This document shows, one piece after another, positions 12,675-24,139 of a stretch of 64,000 bases of DNA. Origin of the DNA: Octopus vulgaris (Eukaryota). Below the pieces are notes generated by a model that saw nothing but the letters and a program-made list of their open reading frames with translations, was not told where the DNA came from and searched no databases. Made by a program: the position numbers and the translations under genes. Positions within the stretch are counted from its first letter, which is position 1. Every line of letters starts with the position of its first letter. The stretch covers positions 23,436,001-23,500,000 of the forward strand of contig OX597827.1 in assembly GCA_951406725.2 (NCBI GenBank), given 5' to 3'.

Positions 12675-13512
12675 TAAATCCTTTGCATCTTGTTTTTCTT
12701 TTGATGTATATATATATATATGTATATGTATATATACATATATATATATATCAGAGAGATTTTTGTAATTCGTAATTTTATTTTGTTTCACATGTGCTAT
12801 GCCGCAGCACATCAGCAAATAGATTTCACCCTGTTTGCATATAACTTATTGACCAGTGGCTCACTTCGTTTCAAGATGATCCAAATCTATGGTTTTGATA
12901 AGGCACAATAATGGTAAAATATCTCAGTGATTCCGAGGCGAGTTGTTTCACTTGGTCTGTGACATTCAAGTGTTCTTTAACATTCGTTGTCATTTGGGGG
13001 GAGGGGCTTTACACAGATGCTTTCCCGCTGCGAATTTGGCGTTTAAACAAAAAGCGTACAGTACGTATATGCGACTGATAATGTGCGTGCGTGCGTGCGT
13101 GTGTGCGTGTGCGCGCGCGTGTGTATGTGAAATACGGAGAGAAAATAGAGAAACAGAGAGGAGTACAAGAAGAAGAAATTGATTTCCATTCAAAGATTCA
13201 CTTCTGTATCACCGAAATATATTCTCAAGTAGAATCACACTAATAGACATTCAAGAATTGATGTAGAGAGGTCTGCAAACATAGCGATGTGTGTTGAAAT
13301 GCCTTTTCATATGTGCCCCACCGCCACCCTCATTAACGGGTGTGTTTTTTGTATGATAATAAATTTCCCTGCAGATGGTGGCTCTTCCCTGCAGATTCTT
13401 CCCTTTCTTTTCGGAAATGCAGATGACGTTATTTTCAATAAAAGGCATCTTTCCTCTACATTGAACAGAAATGGGTGAGGATAGATGATGCATGATCGAT
13501 AAAACTCATAAG

Positions 13513-13545
<33 letters not shown>

Positions 13546-13590
13546 TCTTAAAATTAGTTTATTACGGTATTATCCACATTAAATTCCAAT

Positions 13591-13687
13591 CCGACACGTG
13601 TTTCTATTGGATAAGTGTCCCAATGTCCTTTCATGCAGCATTCATGTGATTTTAGTTGGTTCAGTAGCAGTATGTATTCATCCAGGG
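13591..13687 (-). ncRNA. Degenerate hammerhead-like motif
   Basis: Minus strand has GAAA-C ACGT G-TC^GG preceded by an ATTGGGA...TCCAATA hairpin. The putative core CTGGATGA about 75 nt upstream has an extra nucleotide and stem I is only 2 bp. Confidence 0.4.
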
Positions 13688-13751
13688 TACACATTCCTAA
13701 GCAGCTTTATTCAAGGTTCGATCTATGCGGGTGGGTGAAGCGAACTATCTT

Positions 13752-13793
<42 letters not shown>

Positions 13794-13801
13794 ATTCTAT
13801 A

Positions 13802-13889
13802 AGTGGCTGAAGATTGTTCGACATTTTAAAACTGAGGTAATACTTACAGTGTTTAATAAAATGAAGTAGCATGAAACAATTGTACTACT
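13802..13889 (+). ncRNA. Type I hammerhead ribozyme motif, long stem II
   Basis: Reads AGTGG-CTGAAGA-tTGTT..CATTTT..CTG...CAG..AAAATG..AGCAt-GAAA-C AATT G-TA^CTACT. Stem I has 5 bp (one GU) and the loop is palindromic. The island lies between (TA)n tracts. Confidence 0.82.
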
Positions 13890-14041
13890 CTACCTTGGAT
13901 ATACTTGTTGCTTATTTTGATTATAATCACCCCATTTGATTTATATGGATAATACCATACAAAATTCTGGGGCCTTTAACTTAAGTACCATATTCATCTG
14001 AATCTAAATTTTGCTGAACTTATATATATATATATATATAT

Positions 14042-14073
<32 letters not shown>

Positions 14074-14139
14074 GCACGCACATATATATATACATACATA
14101 CACACACATACATATATATATATACGCATACTTATATAC

Positions 14140-14180
<41 letters not shown>

Positions 14181-14533
14181 TAGATATATATGAGTGTGTG
14201 TGTGTGTGCGTGTGTGTGTCTGTACGTATGTGTCTACTAAATCCCTCTCACAAGACATTCGTCAAATCGAAGCTATATTTCAAGATAGCTGCCCAAGGAT
14301 CGAACCCGGAATCATGTAATTGTGAAACAAATATTTTAGCAACACACACTCACACACACTGCTATGTTTGAAGGCCTCTCTCCGCCAGCTCTACAATGTA
14401 TATTAAAGTTCTATTTCAACATACGTTTTGCTGATATCTAAGTGCATCTTTGAAAGGAAATAAATTTACTTTTCTTTTGTTCTCTTTTTCTGTGTCTCTG
14501 TCTCTTCCTGTATATACATACATACATACATAC

Positions 14534-14591
<58 letters not shown>

Positions 14592-15093
14592 GTGTGTGTG
14601 TGCTTCACTGATTATTATTGAAACTGTAATATTAAAAATACATTATAGTTATTCAGCTAGATGTTATAATTTCAATCTTAATTTTTTATTTGTACTTATC
14701 TTTACCTCTTCCATCTTTGATATAATTTTTCAAGATAAATATGCCGACCTTTTCTTGTTGCTTATACCAAATAAAAATATTTTCAATCTACGTTTTAGCT
14801 GTTCTTTTGAAATCTTCTTTATGTATTTTAAATATTCTCTTGAAAATTTTTTCCCCCATTTCCGTTAATTCTTTGAGTATGTTCCGATAATAATTGCCAA
14901 TCAACGACATTCTTCTCTGGTTTGATGATGTTCTTTTTCTCTCTCCAAAATTCAATTACTCTATATTTTTTTTTTTATATTTATTTTAAAGTTGACCGAT
15001 CGTTTTATTCATCTTCTCCCATTTATTTCGTACTTTGACCTCTCTTATTCATGTTTCTTTTTCAAGTCTTATTTTCACCTGAACTCGGACGAA

Positions 15094-15220
<127 letters not shown>

Positions 15221-15560
15221 AGGTGCAGGCATGGATGCTTGGTAAGAGGCTTGCTTCCCAACCACATGGTTCCGGGTTTAGTCCCACTGCGTGGCACCTG
15301 GGGCGAGTGTCTTCTACTATAGCCTCGGGCCGACCAAACCCTTGTAAATGGATTTCGTAGAGGGAAACTAAAAGAAGCCCATCGTATATATATTCTCCAC
15401 GATTGATCGCTAGCCACTAAAATATTTTTCTATTTTCTACCCCTGTTTATTTTTGTGTTCCTTTCTGTTGAAGAGCGTAGGCTCGAAACGTAAAAGACTT
15501 AAATTAATACATATGTTTGTTGTTTACACACCCGTCTTCGTTGTTTTGTAAATTCTCACA

Positions 15561-15646
<86 letters not shown>

Positions 15647-15873
15647 ATGTATGTATGTATGTATATGTATGTATGTATGTATGTGATTGTGTCTCTGTAT
15701 TTGTCCCACTATCATGGCTTGACAACCGGTGTTGGTGTGTTTATGTTCCCGTAAAGAGACCAGTAGAATGAGTTCTAGGCTTACAAAGAATACGTCTTGG
15801 AGTCGATTTGTTCGACTAAAGGTGGTGCTCCAGCTTGGCCGCAGTCAAGTGACTGAAACAAATAAAAGAATAA
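15221..15873 (+). mobile_element. SINE family A copy interrupted in its internal (TA)n by an HHR-bearing insert (~15393-15562)
   Basis: The head runs 15221-15385 and the 3' half resumes at ~15685 after the microsatellite. Confidence 0.82.
15461..15500 (+). ncRNA. Hammerhead-like motif, CUGUUGA-core family, copy 1
   Basis: Reads CTTT-CTGTTGA-a-GAGC gtag GCTC-GAAA-CG-TA^AAAG. The 40-mer is identical at 34302-34341 (-) and 44851-44890 (+). Confidence 0.7.
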
Positions 15874-15879
15874 ATGATT

Positions 15880-16270
15880 TCAAACTTTGGCACAATGCCA
15901 GCAATTTCGGTGGAAGGAATAAGTCGAATGTATCTACCCCAGTACTCAACTGGTACTTGTTTTATCGACCCCGAAAGAATGAAAGGCAAAGTCGACCTCG
16001 GCGGAATTTGAACTCAGAACGTAACCGCAGACGAAATACCTATTTCTTTACTACCCACAAGGGGCTAAACATAGAGGGAACAAACAAGGACAGACATAGG
16101 CATTAAGTCGATTACATCGACCCCAGTGCGTAACTGGTACTTAATTTATCGACCCCGAAAGGGTGAAAGGCAAAGTCGACCTCGGCGGAATTTGAACTCA
16201 GAACGTAGCGGCAGACGAAATACGGCTACGCATTTCGCCCGGCGTGCTAACGTTTCTGCCAGATCGCGCC

Positions 16271-16272
<2 letters not shown>
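15880..16272 (-). mobile_element. SINE family B with one extra internal ~185-bp unit
   Basis: Head at 16272, then one unit, then core and tail ending at ~15880. Confidence 0.85.
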
Positions 16273-16304
<32 letters not shown>

Positions 16305-16306
<2 letters not shown>

Positions 16307-16425
16307 TGGTTGTGATGCATGTGCCTGGTGTACCTTTATCAGACAGGTAGTCATGATGGGTATATTGGGCTTCGTATATTTTTCCCCAGTGTCACTTTGA
16401 TGGCATGCACTGCTCTCTCACTCAA
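16305..16425 (+). mobile_element. Truncated copy of the (TAA)n-embedded family D repeat
   Basis: Matches the last ~120 bp of 46228-46784 and is flanked by (TAA)n. Confidence 0.8.
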
Positions 16426-16449
16426 TAATAATAATAATAATAATAATAA

Positions 16450-16662
16450 TCCTTTCTACTTTAGGTGCAAGGCCTGAAATTTTGTGGGAGGTGGGGCAGT
16501 CGATTAGATCGACTCTAGTACGCAACTGGTACTTAATTTATCGACCCAGAAAGGATGAAATGTAAATCGACCTCGGTGGAATTTGAACTCAGAACGTGGC
16601 GGCAGGCGAAATACAACTAAGCATTTCGCCTGCCGTGCAAACGATTCTGTCAGCTCGCCACT

Positions 16663-16663
<1 letters not shown>
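16450..16663 (-). mobile_element. SINE family B copy
   Basis: Reverse complement of the family B consensus. Confidence 0.85.
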
Positions 16664-16721
<58 letters not shown>

Positions 16722-16725
<4 letters not shown>

Positions 16726-17888
16726 TTAAGATAGTGCCAATCATTGTTGGGCTCTTGGGAACTGTATCAGAAGGTATCAAGAGGAATATAAAGGAAATTA
16801 GAATAGAGTGTCCAGTAGAACTGTTACAAAAGGTTTGCCTCCTTGGCACGGCCAGAATAATCAGGAAAGTATAAGATAGTTGGAAGGAATGGATAGCATG
16901 GTACCATAGGCTGTAGGTAGCAAGCCCGCTACGCATGTGATAAAGAAAAATAATGATGATGATGATGATGATGATGATTGCGATGATATCTCGTTCAAAG
17001 TAAAGAAATTTTTCTAATATTAGCAAGAGAAGAGGGAACATAGAAAGCAGTGAAAAAAAGAGAAAACAAAACAAGAATGACAAGAAGAAGCACTACTGAA
17101 GAGGTTATACAGACAATGCAATGCAGCCACAACTGAAATTGATGGAGGACACAGGTGGGACTGGTTAAAGAAAGAAGCACTTAAGAAGGAGACTACGAGG
17201 ATTATACTTACGGCGCAAGACGAAGCTTTGGCCACAAATTGGAGGATCAGTTTTAAAAATGAGCAAGTTCTTTCGTTGTGACGAATAACTAATGAATTTG
17301 ATAAAACTATTGCCCCCACTGTAAATGAATGTTATAGACTTGCCCAAAACCAATAGAAGTTGTGACGTCATGATGAGGTAGCAAATTTGAAAACATTGAA
17401 AACTGTGTGAAACACGGAAGTTAGAGAAAGGTAAGACATGTTACGGTCACAAACCACAGAATGTGTAACTGAGTTGGAATCTTGCAAAACCCTGTGGGAT
17501 TTCCCAATTTAAATGGACTTGGGCACAACAAGCTGGATCTAGTGATAATGAACCAGGTAAATGTGTAATTGATGTTGCATTCCCATTTGGTTGAGAAGAA
17601 AGGAGAGAAAGGTGACGGGAACAATCCTCTTAAGTACGAGACAGTCTGACTGTGGAAGGTGAAAAAAGTGGAGATAGTGCCAATTATTGTTCAGGCCCTG
17701 GGGACAATATCTGAAAGTATTGAGAAAAACATGAAGTAAATAGGAATGAAGTGTCTAGTAAAGCTGTTACAAAAATTGTAACTCCTTGGTTAAGCACTAG
17801 ATAGTTGAAGTAAAGGAAAGTACTCCAGGAAGGTGCTAGATAGTTGAAGAGGACAAAAAGCGTAACACCGTAGCCTACGATATCACGC
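16722..17888 (+). mobile_element. Two adjacent R4/Dong-like RLE non-LTR retrotransposon 3' relics
   Basis: VKIVPIIVGLLGTVSEGIKRNIKEIRIECPVELLQKVCLLGTARIIRKV follows (TAA)n. A second, decayed copy (~16985-17888) has LKKETTRIILTAQDEALATN and a second VPIIV.ALGTI-type C-terminus. Confidence 0.78.
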
Positions 17889-17901
17889 TATTTGAAACCC
17901 T

Positions 17902-18321
17902 AAAGGCGGCGAGCTGGCAGAAACGTTAACAGGCCGAGCGAAATGCTTAGAGGTATTTCGTCTGCCGCTACGTTCTGAGTTCAAATTCCGCCGAGGTCGA
18001 CTTTGCCTTTCATCCTTTCGGGGTCGATTAAATAAGTACCAGTTACGCACTGGGGTCGATGTAATCGACTTAATCCCTTTGTCTGTCCTTGTTTGTCCCC
18101 TCTGTGTTTAGCCCCTTGTGGGTAGTAAAGAAATAGGTATTTCGTCTGCCGTTACGTTCTGAGTTCAAATTCCGCCGAGGTCGACTTTGCCTTTCATCCT
18201 TTCGGGGTCGATTAAATAAGTACCAGTTACGCACTGGGGTGGATATAATCGACTTAATCCGTTTGTCTGTCCTTGTTTGTCCCCTCTGTGTTTAGCCCCT
18301 TGTGGGTAGTAAAGAAATAGG
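17902..18321 (+). mobile_element. SINE family B dimer with 13-bp target-site duplication
   Basis: Two ~185-bp units follow one head. TATTTGAAACCCT occurs at 17889-17901 and 18322-18334. Confidence 0.9.
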
Positions 18322-19225
18322 TATTTGAAACCCTGCTTGCATTTGTGCAGCTACAAACGATCGGCATCCTCTTAGCAGTGGGGTATATTGTTAGACGTTT
18401 ATTCATAAAATATTTTTGTATCTCTTCAGTTAATTTCGTTTATTTTCCAATCGCTTATTTTGAAACTATAGGCTGTAATTAGGATTGCTAGATTAATCGT
18501 GGTAGTCATTTTATTTTTTTTACATTTAGCTCGATCTTTAAGATGTGTTTTTACTCCCTTGATGTATCCGTTCTTATTTTTATTTTTCATGGTCGCTCTT
18601 CATATTCTTTCTGTCTTCTTCATTAACCGTTTTGTAATTGTAGATTCCGTTTCAGGCAATTATTTTTTAAAGTCACAGTTAATTTCAAGCACCAATGATT
18701 CCATTCAGGCTAACTTTTCTCTTTTAAATATAGATTTTATATGATTATTCGTCCCAAATTCCATGCCAATTCTATCCGCCAAACTCAAGTTTCGAATCCT
18801 CCGAATGGAATGAAGGGTGGATTTCCTTGTTTCTGATCTTATAACCATAACCTCTTGGATTAATTCTGATGAGGAGAAAATTAAGGCAAAACGGAACGGA
18901 CATAAAAAAAGAGAGCTTTTTGTAGAAAATGCCGCAATTGATGTGTATATTAGCAGATGTCATTGAAACAAGTGATATTGGATGGGACTAGGGTTCCACG
19001 AGATTGTGCTGTGCATTAACAAATTTATTTCTTGCAGAGTGATATTTTGTAGGTTTCTAGATCGTTTCCTACCCAAGACCATGGGGCACTGTTAAACCCT
19101 TACAAAATCAATTCAGGCACAACTTCAGCCTTTTTTGTTTTGAGCGGCAGTTTCCCAGTGCCATACAGAATAGCAATAGTTCGTCTTTTACTTCGTATAG
19201 GCCACGCTGATAGTTGTGAAATCCG

Positions 19226-19540
19226 TGAAGGCGCATGGCTTAGTGGTTTGGTTAATCGACTCACGATCATAAAGTCGTGAGTTCGATTCCTGGCGGCGCG
19301 TTGTACTCTTGAACAAGACACTTTATTTTCCGTTGTTCCAGTCCACGCAGCTGGCAAAAATGAGAAGTACTTGTATTTCAAAGGTCCAGTCTTGTCACAT
19401 TCTGTGTCAAGCTGAATCTCCCTGAGAACTACGTGTCTATAGAGTACTCAGCAATATGGACGTTAATTTAACAAATAGGCTGTTCCGTTGATCGGATCAA
19501 GGGGAACCCTTGCCTTCGCATCCGAAGGATTACCAGTTAA
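19226..19540 (+). mobile_element. SINE family C copy (alternative 3' tail)
   Basis: GAAGGCGCATGGCTTAGTGG...GAGTTCGATTCC head plus the CTTGAACAAGACACTTTATTT core. Confidence 0.8.
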
Positions 19541-19599
19541 GCCACAGCGATAAACTTTTAGCGCAATCGCCTAGAGGTTGTTGTCTTCGATACAGAAGT

Positions 19600-21185
19600 C
19601 TATTCGTTCAGTCGATATAGATGTCGAGGGTTTTATAGTCGTTTGACAGATAGGGAAATGCACTGTAATACTTGGGTTGTTCTGCCCATTTTGAGCTTTG
19701 GTCGTAGGTGAGTTGTTCGCTTGAATCTTACTGGTGTTTAGTAGCCTCCAGCAAACTTTTGTTTTGGAGTACTGCGAACGTTTTGTGGGGAGATGACAGC
19801 ATGGATAACCATAAAGTTTTCCCTTTGTACCAAAGGCTTTCTAATTGTAGGTTTTCAAAGAGTTCTTCTGTTCTTTAAGCGTTATGCCTTACCAATCTTG
19901 TTCTAGTGATGCTTATCTATTCAGCATTTTCATTGCGGTCTTTCTTAAGCATTTTAGTTTTTACTTCAGAATAGCTCAACCGACTCCTTTATTGCTTTCT
20001 TTTCAGTTATGATTGGCTCTTTTCCGCCAAATATTTTGGTATTCGTCTCGAATAATCTTGTCTGTAATCTATGTTTCTGTTATCGTACCCTTTTACCGTT
20101 GCTTTTGACTTGTATTATCGGGTTTGAGTTGTTCTTTGAAAAGTGCTCTGTCTTCTTTATTTTTCTTTGGTTTCCTTTCCTTTCTCGTTTCCAAGTCTTT
20201 GTTCTTGCCAAGTTCCTCCATCATTGATATTTTTGTTCTCATTCCTTCTATTTCTTTTTCTGATTTTCTTTTCAATTTACGTTTCCTGTGCCACACAATT
20301 TGCTTCTCTTTTTTATTGATCACACATTTTGATCGAATTACTTTCGCTGAGGTATAAATCATTTGATTGAGGTCAGGCAAATTAGACTTAATTGAGTCGA
20401 GATCTTTGATTGCAACGTTTGCCATTTTTTATGTTTATTTTCGTTTCTTATTTTCATCACCGGTTTTATCTCTGCCATGTTCATCTTACTCACTTTCACA
20501 ATTTCATTTACAATTTCTTTCTCTATACTTTTAATGTCTCCACCATTCTCTTCCAGATACTGGTCATTCTCTTCTCATTGGCTTTCGCTTCACCTAATTC
20601 TTCATTTTGATTTTGATTTCTGGAATTACTTCGCGTTTTGTTCTACACTAGTTTCTGAAACAAAAGGGCCAATAACTTGAGTTTCTCCCCTTCCAGCTGC
20701 TGCTTTAGATACCGTAATCGTGCATGGTTCACTCTGACATACGTTGCTTCGTTTCATCTAGTTTTGCTATTCTACATGCTCCCATCCATTACCAGAGCAT
20801 TGCTGACCTGTGGAGTTATGTCGAAAACGTACTGTCACGCGTAGGACGGATCTGCTATCAGCCGAGTCCTTTGTCAAGATTGTTCGGCCGGCTATCTTTG
20901 ACAGAGAAGGACAGACATTGTTTATCTGTCTGGCAGCTTTGGCGAAAGAGGCTGCAAGATGGACCAGGTTGAAAGGTCTGAAGATAAGCACTTTCATCTT
21001 TGGTCAAATCCATCAACTTTTGAAATTTCAGCTGAAAACGAAATGAGGGTAGAGAGAGAAGTGCTGCCTCTCACCAAATTTGAAAGGCGGATGAAAGTGG
21101 CGAGCATGGTCCGAATGAAAGGCTCTGCTCTGAACGTACGCCTGTAAATTGGAGGAGGATAAGAAGGCACATGCTTTAGCAGTCG
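19600..21185 (-). mobile_element. Decayed N-terminal/5' part of an RLE-type (R4-like) LINE
   Basis: Lys/Glu-rich interrupted frame (LPDLNQMIYTSAKVI...) resembling the pre-RT region of R4/Dong-like ORFs, with many stops. Confidence 0.5.
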
Positions 21186-21409
21186 GGGTAATCATGGTTT
21201 TGTTGGGTTTTTAAGAGTAGACTTCGGAGCTTTTCCCCCCAGTTCTTACTGTTTTATATTAAATAGGATATTTTGTTTCTTCGCTTTTATTATTTACATT
21301 TTTAGACGCTCTTTCATCTAATACCGCACTTCATTGTCCTTTACCCCTCTCAATGTTGGTGTGTACCCTTATTAGTTAATAAAAGAAAACACAATTATTA
21401 TTATAACTA

Positions 21410-21970
21410 TTGAGTGAGAAAGCAGTGCATGCTATCGAAGTGACAGTGAGGTAAAGCATACGAAGCCCAGTATACCCATCATGACAACCCGTCTGGTAAG
21501 GGAACACCAAGCACATCCATCACAACCATATGTGCGCGACATGGTGGTCTCTTATCAGGATAAACAGCGCATGTCCTTGCAGGTGGGGCCCAGTTAGAAT
21601 TTTCTTCAGGTCAAGTAGCCTATCCCACTCAAAAGGTCCCTGAATAAGGTTTGTTTAAGGATGTTGAACGAAACACTCATATTTCCAGAGGTGAATTATC
21701 CAAAATCCAAAGAATTCCTCTCAACACATAGCTATGATGCTTCCTCACTACATATGCTCGTGATCAGAGATGCACATATCGTCAGCCACCAAGGATCATA
21801 CTCAACTGGTTAAAGTCAAGCAGCTGACAAGCAGATCTGTGGTACTGAGCAAAATATTTGCTGTAACCCATCTTTTACACAAAAACAAAATAATGTACAT
21901 GATAACACTTTCAATAAGTTAAGGTCGGAAGGCATGAAAGCCACTGCCTGGCATTGCATCAGGGCATTTA
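21410..21970 (-). mobile_element. Family D ~560-bp non-coding repeat embedded in (ATT)n
   Basis: Reverse complement of 46228-46784, with trinucleotide-repeat flanks on both sides. Confidence 0.85.
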
Positions 21971-21992
21971 TTATTATTACTATTATTATCAT

Positions 21993-22254
21993 TGCCTTTG
22001 CACAGCTTCTAACGCTGGAGATGTACTACGGTGTCAGCTGTTCACTACCAGTGAACTGAGGTAAGACCTCTTATTTCTCGAGCACCTTCCGGAATATTTG
22101 AGCGTTTCCAAGCAGTGCTGTTTTCTGCAAGTGCTCCATCCTTAATGCAGCCCCTATTTGTTCCACGTACTTCTCGAGATTTTTGCTCACTGTTCCCAGG
22201 GCTCCGGCAGTTATTAGTGCTACCGCTACCTTTTTCGTCGACTACAACTGCTTA

Positions 22255-22255
<1 letters not shown>
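21993..22255 (-). mobile_element. R4/Dong-like LINE 3' end
   Basis: Minus frame reads ...AGALGTVSKNLEKYVEQIGAALRMEHLQKTALLGNAQIFRKVLEK*. Flanked by (ATT)n. Confidence 0.8.
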
Positions 22256-22298
<43 letters not shown>

Positions 22299-22318
22299 AT
22301 TATTATTATTATTATTAT

Positions 22319-22359
<41 letters not shown>

Positions 22360-22827
22360 TGGTGGTGGTGGTGGTCGTCGTCGTCGTCGTGATGGTGGCA
22401 GTGGTTTGTAGTGTAGATATATAATTATTGTTTCATAAATAATAAAGGAGAGAGAGAGAGAGAGAGAGAAAGGGAGGGGAGAGAGTAAGATGAGCAAGTT
22501 ATTAATAGCTTTAATAATTGACTTATAATTAATGTGATGTGGAGATAGGGATTCGTGGGGGGTGGGGGTGGGGGGCTGTTTCAGCAAAGACGGGAACGGT
22601 TGAGGAGAAGAAGCAAAATGATCTTACTTGAATATTGACTGAATATATCCAGCTCGATTTACCTGTCAAGCAATAACATCACACACACACACCTATATGT
22701 GTGTGTGTGTAGGTGTAGGAATATATACAAAATATCATACACACCGAAACATATACAATTATACATACACGTACACACATACGCACACATATATATAAAC
22801 ATGCATACATACATGTATATACATGCA

Positions 22828-22879
<52 letters not shown>

Positions 22880-23693
22880 CATATATATATATACACACAC
22901 ACACACACGCCTATATATATACGTGTGTGTGTGTAGGTGTATGGATATATGCAAAATATCATACACACAGGAACATATACAGTTATACACATACACACAC
23001 ACACATATAAACATACATACATATATATATACACAAACGCACACACACACATATCTATATATATAAACATACACGCGCGCACGAGCGTCATACACTTAAT
23101 GAAATAACAAGCATTGCATCACGATGAATGGATTTAAATTCATTATTGAAGCAATGTTTAAATTTTATATTTTCTTTTCTCTTTTCCATCACCTCGTCCT
23201 TCCCATCATCATCATCATCATCATCCACAACAACAACAACAACAACAACATCAACAATTTCTAGTCCCTGCCTATTTTTTGCTTTTATTCCTAAACCTTC
23301 CGCTTCTGTGGACACTGCGCGTTCGCACCATTGTCCTACCCCCACCACCACCCCTGTCCCAACTCCACCATGGAACCTCCCCATCACCATCGCCTCCATC
23401 ACCACCATTCCATCTCACCAGCCCGACCGTGATTAGCTCCGGGCATCAGAAGAAGAAGCAGAGAACCATCCTTGGAGATTACAAGTATCTACTCCAATAA
23501 ATTTTCTAAAAGTTGAAATTGATGAAACAGGGGCGGGGGGAGGAGAATGGAAGGAGGCTGTAATGGGGGGAGTGTTAAGGGATCACATGTATGTATGTGT
23601 GTAGATATATATACATATATTTATATATACATATATATATATGCACACATATATACACACATATACACAAATACACGATACACAGACACAAAC

Positions 23694-23760
<67 letters not shown>

Positions 23761-23789
23761 CATACATACATACATGCATACATACATAT

Positions 23790-23842
<53 letters not shown>

Positions 23843-24139
23843 TATATACACGTAAGTAGACAGATATACAAGCAAAGGTATGTATGCAAATTCCATGCAC
23901 ATACACTCACACGTATATGTACAAATATACAAATTCATGCATATATATATAAGCATATGTGTATATGTATGTATGTATACATACATACATACATACACAC
24001 ATACACACATACACACATACATACATACCTTCATACATACATACATACATACATACATACATACATACATACATACATACACACGTTCACACATACAAAC
24101 GTACATAGAAGCTGTTGGAGTGAAAGTTCAAATCATTTG

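Noticed and set aside
17902-18321. CRISPR-like or satellite array
   Set aside because: Eukaryotic SINE internal tandem units with no repeat-spacer organisation.
22680-23060. ~220-bp tandem duplication in (CA)/(TA) sequence
   Set aside because: An ordinary slippage or unequal-crossover duplication of microsatellite-rich DNA.
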